Source: Lama guanicoe (Eukaryota). From it: a stretch of DNA of 64,000 bases. The first letter of the stretch is position 1, and each line of letters starts with the position of its first letter. The stretch is from the NCBI GenBank assembly GCA_013239625.1, contig MU054212.1, positions 5,864,270 to 5,928,269 of the forward strand. The letters are read 5' to 3'. Position numbers and translations under genes: made by a program. Below are positions 59,488-64,000 of this stretch, piece after piece. The notes under the pieces are model-generated. The model had not been told where the DNA came from. It searched no databases and saw only the letters and a program-made list of their open reading frames with translations.

Positions 59488-60285
59488 GAATCTCCAAGTA
59501 GATTGAAAATGGGCCATAAGAAGGATGCCCTCTTGCCTCACTCAGCTGGGAGGGACAAGGAGGCTGATCAGCATTTCGGGCAGCTCCCTCCTCCCCACTG
59601 CAGCACCACCTTTGTGGGTCACAAACCATTTGAAAAGAGTGACGAAAAGTAGGAAATCCACACCTGGAAAAAATGCACATATACACACATGCAAAAATGT
59701 GTGTGTAATTTCAGTAGGTCCACAGGTTCCTCGAAGCCCCTGCAAAACATTCAACTGTCAGTCCCTGTGGTGGAAAGGTGGAGAGATGGAGAATTTGTGT
59801 TCATGTGTTAATGAAGGGGAGGAACTGAGAAATGGCCCGGATGAGGATGAGGTGGCTGTCTGTAGTTTATCCGGATCAGCCAGGGTCCAGGGCTTTGTCA
59901 AGCAAACACTTGTGGAGCATCCACTCTGCAAGGCTGGGGGCTGCCGAGTTGCATAGGAGAGGGCACAGAAGAGAAGGACACTCCATACAAAGAGCAGCGG
60001 CAGAGCAGCCGGCAGTCACCCACCGCCGGGTGCCAAATTGACTTCACACCTCCTCGGCTGCTTAATAACTTACATGGAGTTTTCTCACCTCCACTAGCAG
60101 ACATTTCAAAGCAAGTGCATATTGGTAAATCTAAGCCAACTACTAAAAGAATGAACAACCAAGAAACCTTCAGCACTAAGTAATACTGCAAAGTGTTTAT
60201 GTCTCCTGGGGAGAGAGTTTCTGTAGGTTTTAGTTGAATCCCAAGAACCACATGATGATTCTTCACCCATCATTGGGAAGACCAC

Positions 60286-60420
60286 TTTTTTAAATATTTT
60301 TAAATTTAATTTTTAATGTTTTTTTAAAATTATTCTTTTAATGGAGGTACTGGGGGTTGAACCCAGGGCCTTGTGCATGCTAAGCACGCACTCTACCACT
60401 GAGTACACTCCCCACCCTCC
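60286..60420 (-). mobile_element. Vic-1-like SINE in TTR intron 2
   Basis: atggaggtactgggggttgaacccagggccttgtgcatgctaagcacgcactctaccactgag preceded by a T-rich tail. Confidence 0.88.
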
Positions 60421-61240
60421 GACCATTACCTTTAGTGTGGTTTCAACTGAGTTTTTATTTGTTAATTCATTTACGTTGACATAAAATGCCATGCACACTC
60501 TGGGAAGCAGTTAAGAGAATATTCGAAGCGAGAGATGCCAAAACCATTCAGATGTGTGTGGGAAATCTTTTTTCTGATGAAAAGACGAAAAAAGGGAAAT
60601 GAAATATTTTCTTCCCGGAAGAGGAGACAGTGGGAGGGAAATGGTCAGAGTCAGTAAGGACCACTTCCAGGTTTATCTGTCTTAGTGTTTACAGTCTAAC
60701 GGAGAGCGATTTTGCACATCAGCTATCTGGCAGATACTCATATGGAAACAGAAATTACCAAGTTAAAAACAAAAAGAGTGCGTAGTTATTTGTTGTTGGC
60801 AAAGAGATACCAAGCAGATTAATTATGAAATGTACGAGTCAGACACAGGTTTCTCGTCGTACTTTGAGCTCCCCTCTGTGTGTGCACACATGACACGATC
60901 CCTGCAAGATACCCTCCCGCCCCAGCGGAGAGGAGACCCTGACGTTGTGGGGACCTGCAGAGTCAGAGTGGCTGGTGGCCACTTCCAGGGGTGGTCGTGA
61001 ACCTTCAGCCAAACACCAACCCTGAACCACAGTGACTCTTTGAAGTGAAACATCATACCTGTACTTTGTTCTCATAAAACAGAAAAATCTCTAATGAGCC
61101 TTTTGAAGCATTTCTGACAAATTTCCTGTCAGTTAATTTTAGACAGTTACTAGAAGTTTCCCTGTCCTGACCTGGTTGAGGGAAAAAAATATGTATATAT
61201 ATATTTATCACACACTGCATGTATGAGTATGTGTGTGCCT

Positions 61241-61242
<2 letters not shown>

Positions 61243-61279
<37 letters not shown>
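61243..61279. repeat. (GT)n microsatellite ~70 bp upstream of TTR exon 3
   Basis: About 18 uninterrupted GT units. Confidence 0.95.
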
Positions 61280-61280
<1 letters not shown>

Positions 61281-61345
61281 TGTCACCTTGCCCTGGTATT
61301 TATTCCCTCTATGCCTAATGTAACCTGGACTTTTGCACCTTCTAG

Positions 61346-61481
61346 GAAAACCAGTGAATTTGGAGAGCTCCACGGACTCACAACGGATGACAAATTCGTA
61401 GAAGGGGTATACAAAGTGGAATTAGACACCAAGTCTTACTGGAAGGCACTTGGCATCAACCCGTTCCACGAATATGCAGAG
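61346..61481 (+). CDS. TTR: TTR exon 3 (136 bp; [45 protein letters not shown]); exon 4 beyond the window
   Basis: ttctag|G AAA ACC...GAG|gtgag; phase fits exon 2; single copy. Confidence 0.97.
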
Positions 61482-61974
61482 GTGAGTATGTGGGTGCTTG
61501 AGCTGGCTTTTTGTTTTTGTTTGCTTTTAATCCCAGGAAATGCACCTCTTGCACTTTGCATACTGTGTTAAAGTCAGAAGGAAAATACTGGACTAGACCC
61601 TTTCCTATTTCTACAATCAGAAATCCACCAAACTCTGAAAAGCAAACTTTTTCTCTAGGTTTGGTGAAAACCCGTTTAGTAACATGCCCTGAACTTACAA
61701 GACGCTCTTTAGAGTCTTCATCCATTCCCTGAATCCGACTGTTTGTCTGCTGAAGAAATATTAATATATTGGATTACTAGCATCAGGCAGCCCTTCCAGC
61801 CTCCCACAAAGGGCAACATACAACAAAAGGCAGATGCATCATTTTACTTCTCAAAAATCTGAAAACTTTTTCATTCCAAAATACATCTGGCTTCCAGAGG
61901 TTTGGCAGGTGATTTTGGACAATGCGTATATAGAGAGACAGTAAATTCAAAATAATGATGTCAACACAGTGGGT

Positions 61975-62150
61975 AATATTGAGCAAACTTCTACCACATG
62001 CCAGGCACTGTTTTCTATATTAAACCTATTTAATCTTCATAAACAGCCCATAGGGGTCAGTCCTGTTATTACCCCCATTTTACAGGGGAAGACAGTGAGG
62101 CACAGGGAATCTCGGTAACTTGTCAAGGTCACAGGGCTAGTGAAGGGAGG
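61975..62150. mobile_element. MIR fragment
   Basis: attacccccattttacaggggaagacagtgaggcacagggaatctcggtaacttgtcaaggtcacagggctagt. Confidence 0.8.
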
Positions 62151-64000
62151 AGCAGTGATGTTTACCAGCCAAGCCCAGACTGGGTTTAGTCTCAGGTGGG
62201 CCTCAGCTTCCTTCCCATGAGAAGCCCAAGGAAAAATCGTCACCATCATCAAGCCGCCTTGGGATCCCTGGTTCACATTCTGTTGCTCTGCTTATGAGGC
62301 TGTGGGAACCTCAGAGTTATCCACGGGCCCAGTCTCCCTACCTCTTCCTTGCCTGTGATTCCTTACATCATTTCAAACAGATGGCTGCCATGGAAATAGA
62401 ATCCAGACGTGCTGGTCAGAGTTAAAGATCAACTAATTGCTTCAAAAATAGCTCGGCGTGAAAAGGAGCCATTCTCTCTGGCTTAGTCACGGATGAGACT
62501 TTCAGTTGCCAGAAAATGGTTCTTTCAGTAGACAGGGTTGCCAGGGAAACTGTAGGGCCCTGTTTGACTTCTGGGGCCCTCAGGTCACCATGGGAGCACT
62601 GTCGACTGAGAAGCATGTCTCTGGCTACTTCTCAGCTGGGCAGCAAGACACGGAGCCCCCATCCTAGGTGGGTGAAGGGTCTAGATGGTGCCCAGCACAA
62701 GATCTGCACCCCTAGACTCCCAGGTCTGGAGCACCATCAGAGCAGCCTCCCCATGGTCCTTGTCCGCCCTGGTCTCCGCCTGATGAGACCATCTGAGAAG
62801 ATCCAGGGCTGTCCTGCCCATGATGTGCTATTCCTATGATTAGATGTTAGCTTCCTTGTCTGCCCTTCCCTCTTTTAATATTCATTCAACAAACATTTAA
62901 AAAATAAAAACCTTCTATGTGTTGAGCACTCTGCTAGAAGCTAGAGATTCAGAGGTGAAAACACATCCCTGCCCTCGGAATGGAGGGGAAGGGGCTGAAG
63001 GAAGACCCAGGAGGCAGGACCGAGAGCCCGACTTGGAGCCTGAGAGGACAGGGGGAATGACAGCGAGCACCAGCCGTCAGGCACGAATCCCAGCGTGGTG
63101 GGTTCAGCCATGAGTTCCTTTCCTGCCAGCTTCTTCCGATGAGAACCTTCCAGAACATCTCTACCCTTCAGCTCTGGTCTACTCCTCCTCGGCTGATGAC
63201 CCAGGTGACCAAATTAGACAACAGTTAGGAGATTTCCTTTGGAACTATTAGTCCTCCTCACTTCATGGATTTTGGGGCACAGATGATGCCATTTACCATT
63301 TTTAGGAAAGAAACAAATGAGGCTGGAGGCCCATGTCACTACAAGAGATAAGAAATTTTCCTGAATTGCTTCCAGAAACTGACCTTTAAGATATGCCCCT
63401 TCTGCTTCAGAGAGATTCTTAAGTGATTCTCACCTCCTCTTGCCCTAATGCTATTTTTGTTCTTCACGTGGTTCAGCCAGATTTTTTTCTCACGTGTCCT
63501 CAAGTAATCAAGGTTTCCTTTTCCCATGTTTAAAAAAAAAGTACTTATCCGGGGGTGTTCAAAGCTCAACCTAGGGCTTGTATACAGAATAAGTGAAAGT
63601 AAACACCTCACTGCTCTCCATCTCTCTCCTGAACCAAATTTATCTCTTCTTGCCTCACTCCGGGCACCTAGACTATCCCAGCCCCTGAATGTCAGGAGCT
63701 CTACTGAGTTTGCCTAAAGTGTGTGAGTAGCCGGAACAACACTTCGATAGACAGTTTGCCCAACTGCAAAACATGGGCTCCGACACATGTGTGTAATTCA
63801 AAACTCCAGCACGATCTTCCACACCCTGCTTGTATTGTAAATAGAACCCAGTAAGGCTTTTATTCCGAATTTCATTGCTTCTTAGATACACAAAAATATA
63901 CTTCTTCATGTTAGAAAATGCAAAGGAATAGTGGCAGAAAGATCTCCGGGTTTGGAGACAGGAGCCTTAACTGCAAGTCTGGCTCTGTCACTGCCTACAC

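Noticed and set aside
61482..64000. Missing TTR exon 4 suggesting truncation
   Set aside because: TTR intron 3 is over 3 kb in human as I recall, so exon 4 is expected just beyond the window end.

Overview
Mammalian genomic DNA. The recurrent tRNA-derived SINE looks like the camelid Vic-1 family, so the species is probably a camel, llama or alpaca (inference). The window holds the conserved DSG2-TTR synteny block, both genes on the + strand. DSG2 (desmoglein-2) coding exons 2-15 span 6560-27159 with GT-AG introns and one continuous frame (1103 codons plus stop; exon 1 lies upstream of the window). A repeat-rich intergenic stretch of about 26 kb follows, then TTR (transthyretin) exons 1-3 (exon 4 lies past the window end). 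The main anomaly is a head-to-tail 2240-bp tandem duplication (54966-57210 / 57206-59447) of the TTR proximal promoter, exon 1, intron 1, exon 2 and the start of intron 2. It is joined by a 5-bp TAACA microhomology inside an L1 3' end. The first ~1755 bp of the copies look identical, while the last ~490 bp differ at about 9 sites. The layout allows an in-frame exon 2 to exon 1' splice at a latent AG just before the second ATG. This TTR also has a mature N-terminus two residues shorter than human and substitutions at two RBP4-interface positions (R21Q, S85N). A candidate distal liver enhancer at ~45.5-46.2 kb carries an exact 16-bp copy of the TTR promoter HNF3/HNF6 site. All comparisons were made by eye or from memory of orthologues; repeat family names are tentative.
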